NCBI RefSeq assembly: GCF_006345805.1
Contig: NC_042998.1
Location: forward strand, 120,714,001 to 120,778,000
Direction of reading: 5' to 3'
From: Octopus sinensis
Lineage: Eukaryota
Length of the DNA stretch: 64,000 nt
Shown here: positions 27,615 to 38,832 of the stretch, in pieces
How the letters are laid out: the number at the start of each line of letters is the position of its first letter
How positions within the stretch are numbered: the stretch's first letter is position 1
Position numbers and translations under genes: made by a program
The notes under the pieces: generated by a model
Databases searched by the model: none
Told to the model about the DNA's origin: nothing
Seen by the model: the letters and a program-made list of their open reading frames with translations, nothing else

Positions 27615-28001
27615 TCATATATATATTTTGGAAGCACTCCGTCGGTTACGATGACGAGGGTTCCAGTTGATCCGAATCAACGGAACAGCCTACTCGTGAA
27701 ATTAACGTGTAAGTGGCTGAGCACTCCACAGACACGTGTACCCTTAACGTAGTTCTCGGGGATATTCAGCGAGTGACAAGGCCAGACATTTGAAATACAG
27801 GTACAACAGAAACAGGAAGTAATAGTGAGAGAAAGTTGTGGTGAAAGAGTACAGCAGGGATCACCACCATCCCCTGCCGGAGCTTCGTGGAGCTTTAGGT
27901 GTTTTCGCTCAATAAACACTCACAAAGCCCGGTCTGGGAATCGAAACCGCGATCCTATGACCGCGAGTCGCTGCCCTAACCACTGGGCCATTGCGCCTCC
28001 A
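27615..28001 (-). mobile_element. Young tRNA-derived SINE
   Basis: Head ggaggcgcaaTGGCCCAGTGGttaggg (A box)...GGTTTCGATTCC (B box, plus-strand 27937-27948), followed by a non-tRNA body; CpG-rich. Confidence 0.85.
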
Positions 28002-29370
28002 CTCATATATATATACTTACATACATACATACATACATGGGTCTGATGAAAATAGCATTAATTTTCTTAGGTCGTTCAATTTTCCTCAATTGATCGAAAG
28101 ACCAGTTGAGTAAACCTATCAGTAATGTACCTATAACGACTACTGGAAACAGGTGTAAACCAAATTTGCTCTAATACACACACACACACACACACACACA
28201 ACTTTAGTTAAATCCTTTTCAAACTTTTCAAGGGTTTAGATTAGGGGTGAAAGGAAGAGTCTTTTGTTTGTTGTGAAACCAAACATACTGCCTGCTATTG
28301 TATTAGTTAGTAGTAGCACTTTTTGCTTCAGTAAAACTCCATTTTCTCTATCCAATGTTTTATATAAAGATGGTTTTTATGGCACCTTAATATTTTTCAT
28401 GGAGTGGATGATGGAACAGTTTGGGTATTTTTCTTTTTCTTTCTTTTTTTATCAACTTACTTAATCTTTTCAGTCATAGATAGAACTTGACCAGATGGGA
28501 ATGGATCATGCATTTTTTTTCCTAAAAGAAATGTGTTACGTAGTGAGTTCATACCTTCTGCAAGGCAACTTGGGCAAGTGTCTTCCACTGTAGCCATGGG
28601 CTGATCAATGCTTTGAGTGGATTTGGTGATGAGAAACATTAAATAAGCCCATCATGTATGTGTGTGTACATATATGTATGTATGTATATGTATGCATATA
28701 TATGTTTATATCTATGTTTATGTGTCTTTGCATTTATGTTTGTCCCAGCACACCATTTGACAACTAGTGTTGATTTGTTTATGTTCCTCTAACTTGGTTC
28801 AGCAAAAGAGACCACTAGAATAAGTACCAGGCTTATAAAAGAAATGTACAAGGGTCGATTTGTGTGACTAAACCCTTCAAGGTGGTGCCCCAGCATGGCC
28901 ACAGTCAATGACAAACAAATAAAAGATAAAAGTGAAAAGATATATTTATATCTATAATAATAAATGCAAAACAAATTTCTGTGTGTGACTAAACCCTTCA
29001 AGTTGTCACACTTTGATCCCCTCTCTCACTATTCAATGATACTTCTACTATCCCTCATGATGGGGTGAGAGTAATAGTAGGCATAGAGTCGGTGAAGTTG
29101 GTAGTAGATTCATGGTTGTGATGGTAATGGGGTAATAGTAATAGTATGAGCTGTGATAGAGGCGGAGGCAATGGTGATGATTGTGATGGTGGTGGTGGTG
29201 GTGGTGGTAGCCAAGGCAATCAGGGATGATGGTGATAGTAAGCGATGTGAAAGACAGTGCTGATGGTGTTGGAGGGAAAGGCGACAAAGTCATAGGTATT
29301 GATGGTGGTGGCGTCAGAAGTCTGAATGGTGTGTGTATGGTAGTTATGGTGGTGGTACTGGTGATGGTGA

Positions 29371-29670
29371 TGGCATGGCTCAGTGGTTAGAGTGTCGAGC
29401 TTATAATCGTGATGTTGTGAGTTTGAATCCTGGACCAGGCTACATGTTGTGTTCTTGAGCAAGACACTTTATTTTATGTTGTTCCAGGTCACTCAGCTGT
29501 AGAAATGAGTTGCAATGTCACATGTGCCAAGCTGTATTGGCCTTTGCCTTTCCCTTGGATAACACTGGTGGCATGAAGAGGGGAGGCTGGTATGCATGGG
29601 CGACTGCTGGTCTTCTATAAACATCATTGCCCGGACTTGTGCCTGGGAGGGTAACTTTCTAGGTGTAACT
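29371..29670 (+). mobile_element. tRNA-derived SINE with CORE-like segment
   Basis: A box TGGCTCAGTGG, B box GAGTTTGAATCC, then ttgtgttcttgagcaagacactt. Confidence 0.75.
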
Positions 29671-29708
29671 ATACAGTATATGTGTGTATGTATATATATA
29701 TATATATA

Positions 29709-30032
29709 TTACGGAGATGTCCTCGCATAGCAAGTGATTTGATCTGAGATCATGTGCTGAAACGTAAACAATTGCAGCGTGGAAGGTGTTTGTAAGCCAT
29801 TTAAGAAACACACAAAAGCCGTTCGATTCACTTCAACATTTAAGTTTAATTTGTCAAAATATTTTCGTCGCTAAAATCCGCGACCTGTTCACTGACAACA
29901 CGGATTTTTGTCAGTGAACAGGTCGCGGATTTTAGCGACGAAAATATTTTGACAAATTAAACTTAAATGTTGAAGTGAATCGAACGGCTTTTGTGTGTTT
30001 CTTAAATGGCTTACAAACACCTTCCACGCTGC

Positions 30033-30076
<44 letters not shown>

Positions 30077-30450
30077 CGGAGATGTCCTCGCATAGCAAGT
30101 GATTTGATCTGAGATCATGTGCTGAAACGTAAACAATTGCAGCGTGGAAGGTGTTTGTAAGCCATTTAAGAAACACACAAAAGCCGTTCGATTCACTTCA
30201 ACATTTAAGTTTAATTTGTCAAAATATTTTCGTCGCTAAAATCCGCGACCTGTTCACTGACAAAAATCCGTGCTGCATCTGGGCTCAGATGCAGCACGGA
30301 TTTTTGTCAGTGAACAGGTCGCGGATTTTAGCGACGAAAATATTTTGACAAATTAAACTTAAATGTTGAAGTGAATCGAACGGCTTTTGTGTGTTTCTTA
30401 AATGGCTTACAAACACCTTCCACGCTGCAATTATATATATATATATATAA
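29709..30450. mobile_element. Tandem pair of palindromic PLE-type tails flanked by (TA)n, carrying four hammerhead motifs
   Basis: Unit period 365 bp. Inverted arms 29770-29898/29908-30036 (129 bp) and 30135-30281/30286-30432 (147 bp). Confidence 0.8.
29907..29956 (+). ncRNA. Minimal type I hammerhead motif with G3:C8 swap (copies also at 29850-29898 -, 30215-30264 -, 30303-30352 +)
   Basis: TTTGTCA-GTGAACA-G-GTCGC(ggatttta)GCGAC-GAAA-ATAT-T-T-TGACAAA: 7 bp stem I, 5 bp stem II, palindromic AATATT stem III. Confidence 0.7.
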
Positions 30451-33400
30451 ACAAAAGACGAAGACGTGTGTACATACACACATACACATACATAGAAACA
30501 TCATTGGGAAGGTTTTTCCTTATGTGGTTCTTAAAATATTGTAGAAAAATCACATGAAAAGGTATACTTTGAATCTGAGTGTAACTTCAAGATAGAACAT
30601 TCTGTAGTTCATATAATTTTCACACTTCAACAATTACAAGAAATATTCAGAGAACTAAGACAATTACTCTACATCACTTTCATTGATTCCACAAAGGTTT
30701 TTGATCTTGTTGGTAGAGAGATGGCCTGTTCAAATTTCTTGCCAAGATTGGGTGCCCTCCAGTCATAGAAACCAAGCTGATATATATGTGTGCCAGTCTT
30801 TTGAAGCAGTAGTTCACCCTAGGAAGTAACCCAGACTGTGATGACCCATTCAACCTGTGCCAACATGGAAAGTAAATGTAAATGATGATGGTGGTGATGA
30901 TGATGTATATATGTCTGAATCCTTTGCTTCAATCGTACCACCATAGGTGTACTAAACTTCTGACAGCGTTGTTTTCAGTGTCATTGGACCACAAAAACCA
31001 TCCATCATGATAAGAAACATTAATGAAACTACTTGAAGATTTCAACATTATGCCAGATATAAGTGAGCAAAAGTTAGTAGGCCATAAATAGAAGATAACT
31101 CAGTATATTTTCATGCTGTATGCATCAAATTTTAAGAGTTTTGTTCTTTCTAACATATTGGTTTCAAATTTTGATGCAAGGCCAGCAATTTTGGTGGACA
31201 AGCTAAGACAATTACATCAACCCCAGTGCTCAACTGGTACTTATTTTATTGACCCTGAAAGAATGACAGGTAAGGTTAACACCAGTAGCATTTGAACTCA
31301 GAACATAAAGACAGCTAAGCATTTTGCCCAGCATGCTAATGATTCTGCCAGCTCACTGCTTTTTTACCTTCAGACACATTGATAGCATCTGTATGGCAGA
31401 TTTCAGTCTGATACAAAAAAGAAAAGGTAAGCTATACTCATGGCTCTAGCTACCAGCCATTGTGACTTGGAGATGCCAGCTTCTTGAACTTGGCCAGGTC
31501 TTTCATGTTCAGTGTTGAGAAAGAGCTGGAGGCCTCTAGCAGCTATGTGTTATCTATGGCTAACATCATTAGAATAGTGGAGTTCATCCAGCAAATCTGG
31601 GATGACCTAATGGATTGATGGGTGCCATTACCAAGCAGCTCAAGGTGGTGGAGCCTACTATTTGATGTCTGGTGCACAGGGGCATCAGACACAAGTCTTT
31701 CATGATAAGGAGAGGAAGGTCCATGCTCACTAAGAACCTAGAGAAATTTGTGATTATATGACACCCAACACCATGCAATATCTTAGCTCTGTTCATTTTA
31801 ACCACCTGAACTGCTACACCTCAAGTATCATCAGTGTAACTAGCCAGTAGACCCACAATGAATGTAGTAGGTGGGGAGGGGATCACCTGATCCTGGCATC
31901 CACTTACTCTCATGGCCACATCATATCTTCATTTGGGCTGAGGGCAGTTTTGTAGAATGGCATGTTCCTTTCATGTTTGTTGTTGAATGTGTGTGCTGTT
32001 ATTCTAGGAATTGTTTCCTGTTTGCTGTTTGTTTTCTCTTACATTTCTCTTTCGTTCTCAGTTGCCTGACACATTAAAGAGAAAGTTTTTTTAACACTTA
32101 AAAATTTCAGCATTCACAATGCTGCTATATTTTTTTAGATACTGTCACTACATATACATACATACACCCACACATAGAGACATATGCATGCACACACACA
32201 CACACACATACATGCATACAGACATACATACAAAAGCCTAACAAGACTTTTGGTCAACTGATTTGTAAGAGTTTAACTGACTGACTACCTGCTGTATGAA
32301 TCAAGGTTGACCAAGGGCTACACAACACTATCACTAACTATAAACGTTACTGTGTGTGTTTATATCATTTTTTACTAATGACTACTTTCACCATTTCCTA
32401 ATATTGTACAATACTTTACATCAACATATCATCATTACTGTACAATATATGAATGAAAAATGTAAGGAATAAGATATATTTGCTATTTTTAACTGTGGTT
32501 CCACATGGTCTCTGATTTGATTAATTATTTAAATTTGCATGGGTAGAATGAATATTGTGGAGTTAGCATTCAGTTTAAGGTCCAGACTAGTTTCTTTATC
32601 TTTCATTTAATCACGATACTAGTTATATTTTAAGTAGTAGTTAACACTTCATTGTTCATGTGTGACACACGCCAATAAGGAGCTTTTCAGTAATTTCTCC
32701 TTCACTTGCTATTATCTTTAAACTCTCCTTCACCTGCTACTATCTTAAAAAAATAATAAATGGCATATTTAATAATAAATTTCTAGATATACTATGTCTG
32801 AAAAAAAAAAAAAGGATCACATCCAGAACACTTTTGAACATAGATCATTGACAGGGTTATACATACTTAATAGAAATAAAATTATTCAAAGTACTGTTGT
32901 TGTTTATCTTCAAATCAGTTCTGATTGAGCAACTTTTCAGCTCTAACTTGTTTTTGAAGCAGTGTGTTTAAAACCACATTATCTTATGTGTCCTCTATCA
33001 TTTATCAGAAGAAATTTTTTTCGCCATTTTTAACTGATCAAGTGACAATGTAAAAGATTTTCATTTCCAATACATGTCATTCCAATATATCCTTTTGTTG
33101 TCGGGGTAAGGTCAATTCTAACTGAGCATAAAAGTCAAATAATTCTCGTATTGTTATGAAAATTAAGTCGAAAATATACCAAGATAACCTGTGTATGATA
33201 TGCAAGTGTATGATAAGTAAAAAAAAGAGGTAGAATCTAACTATACAAGAGATTTTATCCAAAGATTTAGTCAACAGTGACTGTCAGTTTGGTGATCTAA
33301 ATAGAATGTTCTGTTGCACCCAATGACATTTTGCTATTGTATTAAAAGCCTGTATTTTACTTATTGATCTTCAGTACCTTTTTTAATCTTAGATCTGTGT

Positions 33401-33710
33401 TAGACTTGCTGTCTCCAATAACTATGAAACTAGGATTTCTATTGTTGCCTGTAAACAGTTATATTGTTTGATTCATCAACATCTCTTAACTTCAACCTTG
33501 ACGTTTTCTTTCTTGATATTACTAATACCCTTAAGAAATGACACATCATCACATGCTTTTTCTTATCCTTCATAAATATATTCCATATATTATGTATAAA
33601 CATTCCCCTCCAACAATTTATTAGCTCTATTGACTTCAACAATCACACAAATTTAAGATGTGATATTCAGGCTTTATTTCCTCTCCAAAGTATGTAGGGC
33701 CTCTGTCAAT

Positions 33711-33998
33711 CAATGTTGGTCATACATTAGTACATGTATACACTGGTCTGCACTAGATTTTTGTAACAAAATTTTAGTTTTTTTGTGTGTGTTTGGTTAG
33801 TAAGTGTTATTTTTTATTTGCTTCTATCTAGAAACCAAACAAAATGTAGGGTCAATGTAGGGTCAATGTTGGTCATACATTAGTACATGTATACACTGGT
33901 CTGCACTAAATTTATGTAACAAAATTTTAGTTTTTTGTGTGTGTGTGGTTAGTAAGTGTTATTTTTTATTTGCTTCTATCTAGAAACCAAACAAAATG
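33711..33998 (+). repeat. Recent ~135 bp tandem duplication
   Basis: 33711-33846 and 33864-33998 are near-identical; junction tagggtcaatg x2. Confidence 0.9.
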
Positions 33999-34874
33999 AC
34001 TATTGCATTTGTGACCTGGACAGCAATGTTTTGAAATGAACAATTTTCTATTATATTTCTGATATTTAGTGCTGAAGCAGAAATATCATTATAGCAAGTA
34101 TTCTGCTCAATACCACAGAGTTGCTTGCCCTTAACCACCTGAGCATATCCCTTAGTGGCTGACAATAATATGTGCATTTCTGATCATGAGCAGGAGTAGT
34201 GGGAGAGCATCATAGCCATGTATTGAGAGGGTTTCTTTGGAGTTTGAATAAATCTAACAAAAGCAAACTGTTTTTCATACTTTCTATGGGAATAATAATA
34301 GTTGCTACCCAAGGACAAAAATACTGTTACACTGTTGTTTTTTATGGAGATTAGTAGGTGTCTAAACATGCAAGTGTCCTGTCCTCAAACCATTAATATT
34401 TAGCTAACAGACTTGAGCCAACTTCAGTTAACACACCAGCATTGTCATCAACATTGCTGCCAGAACACAAAGAGCAAGAAAAGATACTGAAAAAACATCC
34501 TGCCCAACTCTCTAACAGTTCTGATAATTCACCACCCTGGGTAGACAAAGGCGAAACATGTTGCCCCCTCAAAATAAGAGTAGAGGAACATTGCAAAGCT
34601 GTGACATGGGGGGGGGGATATTGATAAATCGGGTATAGCTGATCATGTATGGAAAAATGGAGACCACCTCTCCCTGTGGGATGAATTTAAAATAATAGAC
34701 AGAGAACACCACTGGAAAATACGAAAACTAAAAGAAGTAGCACATATGCTAGTACGCAACGACGTCCTAAGCAGACCGTGTGCAGATATGAACAGCATAT
34801 GGGAACCAGTATTAAGGAAAGATAGGAGAATATTAGATTTATAAACCCTAAAATTCACTCCATAATAGCCCACG

Positions 34875-34940
34875 TGCATATGGCGTAGTGGTGAAGAGTG
34901 CAGGCTACTAACCCCAAAATTCCGAGTTCGATTCCAGGCA
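34875..34940 (+). promoter_or_regulatory. tRNA-like internal Pol III promoter
   Basis: A box TGGCGTAGTGG, B box GAGTTCGATTCC, anticodon-like loop CT-ACT-AA; homolog at 40752-40815. Confidence 0.6.
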
Positions 34941-35023
34941 TATAATAATAATAATGATAATGATGATAATAGCATCGAAAAATACCTTAAGAATGAGAAC
35001 CCAGGTTCAAAATTTCCCCCAAG

Positions 35024-35067
35024 ACACCTGATGAAAGCTGGAGGGTATATCAGTCGAAACGTTGTGT
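35024..35067 (+). ncRNA. Minimal type I hammerhead motif
   Basis: ACAC-CTGATGA-A-AGCTG(gagggtatat)CAGTC-GAAA-CG-T-T-GTGT. Here the stem II closing pair is A.C; it is G-C in the 40985 copy. Confidence 0.7.
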
Positions 35068-37689
35068 TAACAACAAACAAGATGAGGACAAATATCTGTC
35101 AAATATAAATAATATACATAATTCCTCATCTCTTAAATATAGAACAGGGAATAAATATTATGCAACATTTACTTGATAATGCAATTTTTTTTTTCATTAC
35201 AAATTTGATTTCTATATTAACTTTTAACCAGTGTTTTATTCCTCGAAAGGCTGTCTCTTATCACTACTGTGAGAAAGAAACTTATGCATATTGTTTAGCT
35301 ACAAATCGGCCCCTAATACACATCATCATTGTTTAACGTCAGTTTTACATACTGCCATAGGACTGCAACAAGCTCCAATAATTAAAAGCATTGACCATTT
35401 AACCTTCTATTTCATGGTATTCTGTATTTAAAACTTTAGAATCTAAGCTAATGTAGTCTGAAACTTAAAATATATTTTTGTTGAACAAAGTAAACAGAAA
35501 AAAAAAAGTTTTGAATCATTGAATAAATTTTTAACCTTGACACGTTACTCAGGAGCATGTGCATTTAGCACCTGTCTTCTTAAGGAGCTATTTATTATTC
35601 CGCATTAAGCGAGTCTTGGGCTTCTGAATTTATGTGAAGTTTTGATACTACATTGGACTATTGTTGAGAATCCATTCAAATAAACCAAGTGAAACAGGTT
35701 TATTTTTTTTAATATAACTATAAAATATTTATGAAATGTTACATGTGTGCATGCGTATACACACTCACACACACATACACACACTCACAAACATGCTCGC
35801 GCGTGCATGTGCACACACATACACACTGGAAATTTTTTCTTCCAATTTGTTTTAAACATCGATTACGAACTGGTAAAAAAGTTTTACAAAATGTCTACAT
35901 ATGTTGCATACAGTTTGTAGATATGCAGACAAGTAGCTTTAGATGGATATCATGAAGAACCTATCTGGTAGTTTCTTAGAAGTCTTGTTTTCTAAATTGT
36001 AATGTTTTGTATTGCATAGTTGTAAAAAGGACTGAGTTTATGTTCATAATCAGAATATAAACTTGAAACTTCTAAGAATGCTTCTTATTTAGGAGACAAA
36101 GCTACGGATATCCTTGTGCTACGTTTAAGTGAATTTGGAGTTCTTCAACGTAGTTAACAAAAATACTATTGTAAAATCAGTATTTATTGTCAGAATCTCC
36201 ATGAACTAGCTTTAACATTAGTACTGATGATTGTGGAGTACAGACCTGCCACCAGACTTTGGTACCTAAGGGTGCTTCAGAATATTTTGAGTGGGCACTA
36301 ATTTATAATAATACAAAAGTGAAGTTTTGAAATTAGTGTATCATTGTAAATCTGAGGGTGCAGCATTGAATAATGAGGTGGGTAGTGCGCCCAGAGCACC
36401 TCTTAGCAATGGGCATGGTATAATATGCTCTGGAACCCAACACCTGCTTTGAGAAATAGAACATTGTCTTCTAAATTGAATTCCTTGGCCAGAGAGAAGA
36501 TGCTCTGAAATTTTTGCCTCATTTATTCTAATTTCTTTCAAAATATTCAGCACAGTATTTATAAGACAGGATCCTTCAGTCAAATCGTAGTTATGAAATA
36601 ATAACAATTTATTTGATATATCAAGAACTCTCAGCATATATTCAAGATGAATGGTAATAAAAATAATTAGAGGCAAGTAATCTGTTTCAAGACACCAGTT
36701 GCCTCAATTCTGATGTTTATGATAGAACTGTCATTTTCCACATCAAGAAGCACTTGCACTGTCTATTCATGCTTGGTGAGCATAGTGGTAACAGTTCTTA
36801 GACGTCTTTTATGCAGTAAACAACTTTGGTCTACACAGAAAGTTATAAATAGCTTTACATACTAAAAAAACAAAATTCAACATCACGTGAACTACAACAA
36901 AATATTAATTGATGATTGAATCAGTGCTTATACGGGATTTCCTTTCCAAAAAATATCAGGATTTTATAGAATTATTAGCTATCGACAGATCTTACTTACA
37001 CGGAGTGGGGATGGGAGTGAAACTGAAAGCAGCATATAAATACTCGAAATACAAAAAAAAAAAATGTTTTAACTTAAATGGATTAAATTTTTACCTCAAA
37101 CAAAATATAATAAAAATGACTTAAAGAAAAGCGATGAACTAAGAATTATTATTCATTTAAAAAAACTTTAAGGAAAACAAAGCCTATTCAGTGAATTTTC
37201 TGAAACTCTTAATCTCATCTGAAAAATATGTCTAGCAATTTTGTAAAATTTGAAGAATTTCTTACTTTTATGCAAATTGAAAACTGAATGAAAGAAACTG
37301 CATTTTGAGTATGGAAATGTGTGTGCGTGTTAATTGAAGACACCAATGCCGAAGGGCAGCAGCAAAAACCGACGATAATGATGTCAATGGTGATGAAGAG
37401 GATATTGATAATGATACTTTCATTTATTTATCACTGGGGCATCAGTTGAGAAGGACATTACAAAGTCAGTTCACAATTATTGTAGGGTTGACATAAAAGA
37501 TAAGGATAAGAAAGGGAAAAGAAGGGGAAATGAGATAAAAGTACACAAAATATGTGAACAGCTGGATAATGCAGTTCTTCTGAAGGAAAACAGCCTCCAA
37601 CTAGGCCTCATCAAAGAACCCCACAGATCCAGGATTGCCCTGACCACCTAGGACACAAGACCTCGCCCAACTGTTGTTCTCCAATCTAT

Positions 37690-38440
37690 AGGTACATGCG
37701 TACAATAGTTCCATCTGCTCTAATCATTTTTGTTAGAGTTACCCACCTTTCCACAGATTCGTTGAGGGAGAGTACTTCCATCTCCACACTCTCTCTTAAT
37801 CCTTTCCAAGTGAAACTTGAAAAATTAGATGCAGGCCTGACTCTAGATGAAGGTGTTTGCCCTCAATCCTTTCAGTGTCGTCCACTGTACAATATCTTTT
37901 GCCTTGGTTAGACAATCTTCTTAAAGGTAGGTGGGAAGAAAATCCTCACGATGGAGTTGGCCAATAGCCAAATTGATCTCACAAATGACAACAGCTGTCT
38001 GGCATAACTCCACAAGTCAGCAGTGCTTGCACACAGCACGAGTATATATAGTGCAGTTTGGTCTCCACCTTCGTGCATCTCGGACAGTCTTGCCTATAGA
38101 GTTCATCTTAAACTGGTAATACCCCTCAGCAGCCCAAAGATTTTCCATGGACTTTATCCATAGTAGATCCTGATCAACAAAGAGGATAATCTGAGGTCAC
38201 TATGTCAGAAGAATACGATAGATGTGATAGAACTTGATATGACCATCCCCAACTGAGTGCTTAAATAGCATTTTTTTGGTCAAATTAGCGACGTGTGGGT
38301 GAGCATTGTCATTGAAGAAGCATACTCGGGTTAATCCAGTTGGATTGCCTCGTTGAGCAGGTGCATAGAACTTATCCATAGTTGTTCTTGATAATGGTGA
38401 AAGAGTTTGTGACCAGTTGGAGCCCAGTTAAAGGCTGTAA
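37690..38440 (-). mobile_element. L1/Tx1-like LINE 3' remnant (zf-RVT region)
   Basis: Minus frames give GVLPV.DELYR..CPRCTKVETKLH..C. Confidence 0.55.
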
Positions 38441-38832
38441 GTAATTCCAAAGGGATCTGAAGGGGAAAATTATTGATTAGAAACATCAAACCAACCCCAG
38501 GACTTATTTTTTGTAAGCCTACCAGTCTCTTTGCCGAACCGCTAATTTATGGAGATGTAAACACAGCAGCATCGATTGTCAAACGATGGTGGTGGTGGTG
38601 GGGGTACAAACACACACACACATATATATATACATATACATACATGTGCGCGCACGTGTGTGTGTGTGTGTAGTGGCTTCATGCAGGCATAGTATGGATT
38701 CAATCCTCAATTGCCAAATTTCACTTAACAGTTCAATAGCACTTTTCTCATGCTAAAACAATAGGTTTTCTGTGAGTAACAGCAGTCACATTTGCCAGAT
38801 GCCTTCGCTAAGCAGAATAATGTCTTTGCCAC

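Larger units (their letters stand above)
34400..35145 (+). mobile_element. PLE 3' end: GIY-YIG remnant + tRNA-like segment + (AAT)n + HHR-bearing terminal repeat
   Basis: KGETCCPLKIRVEEHCKAV..DKSGIADHVWKNGDH..WDEFKIIDREHHWKIRKLKEVAHM, stop at ~34843, then A/B boxes and CTGATGA...GAAAC. Confidence 0.8.

Noticed and set aside
27930-28001. tRNA gene calls here and at 29371, 34875 and 40752
   Set aside because: A/B boxes are present, but a full cloverleaf with acceptor stem is not evident and each runs into a repeat body; treated as SINE/PLE heads.
29709-30450. CRISPR-like array
   Set aside because: Eukaryotic context; the units are long inverted/tandem copies with no unique spacers and no cas genes.
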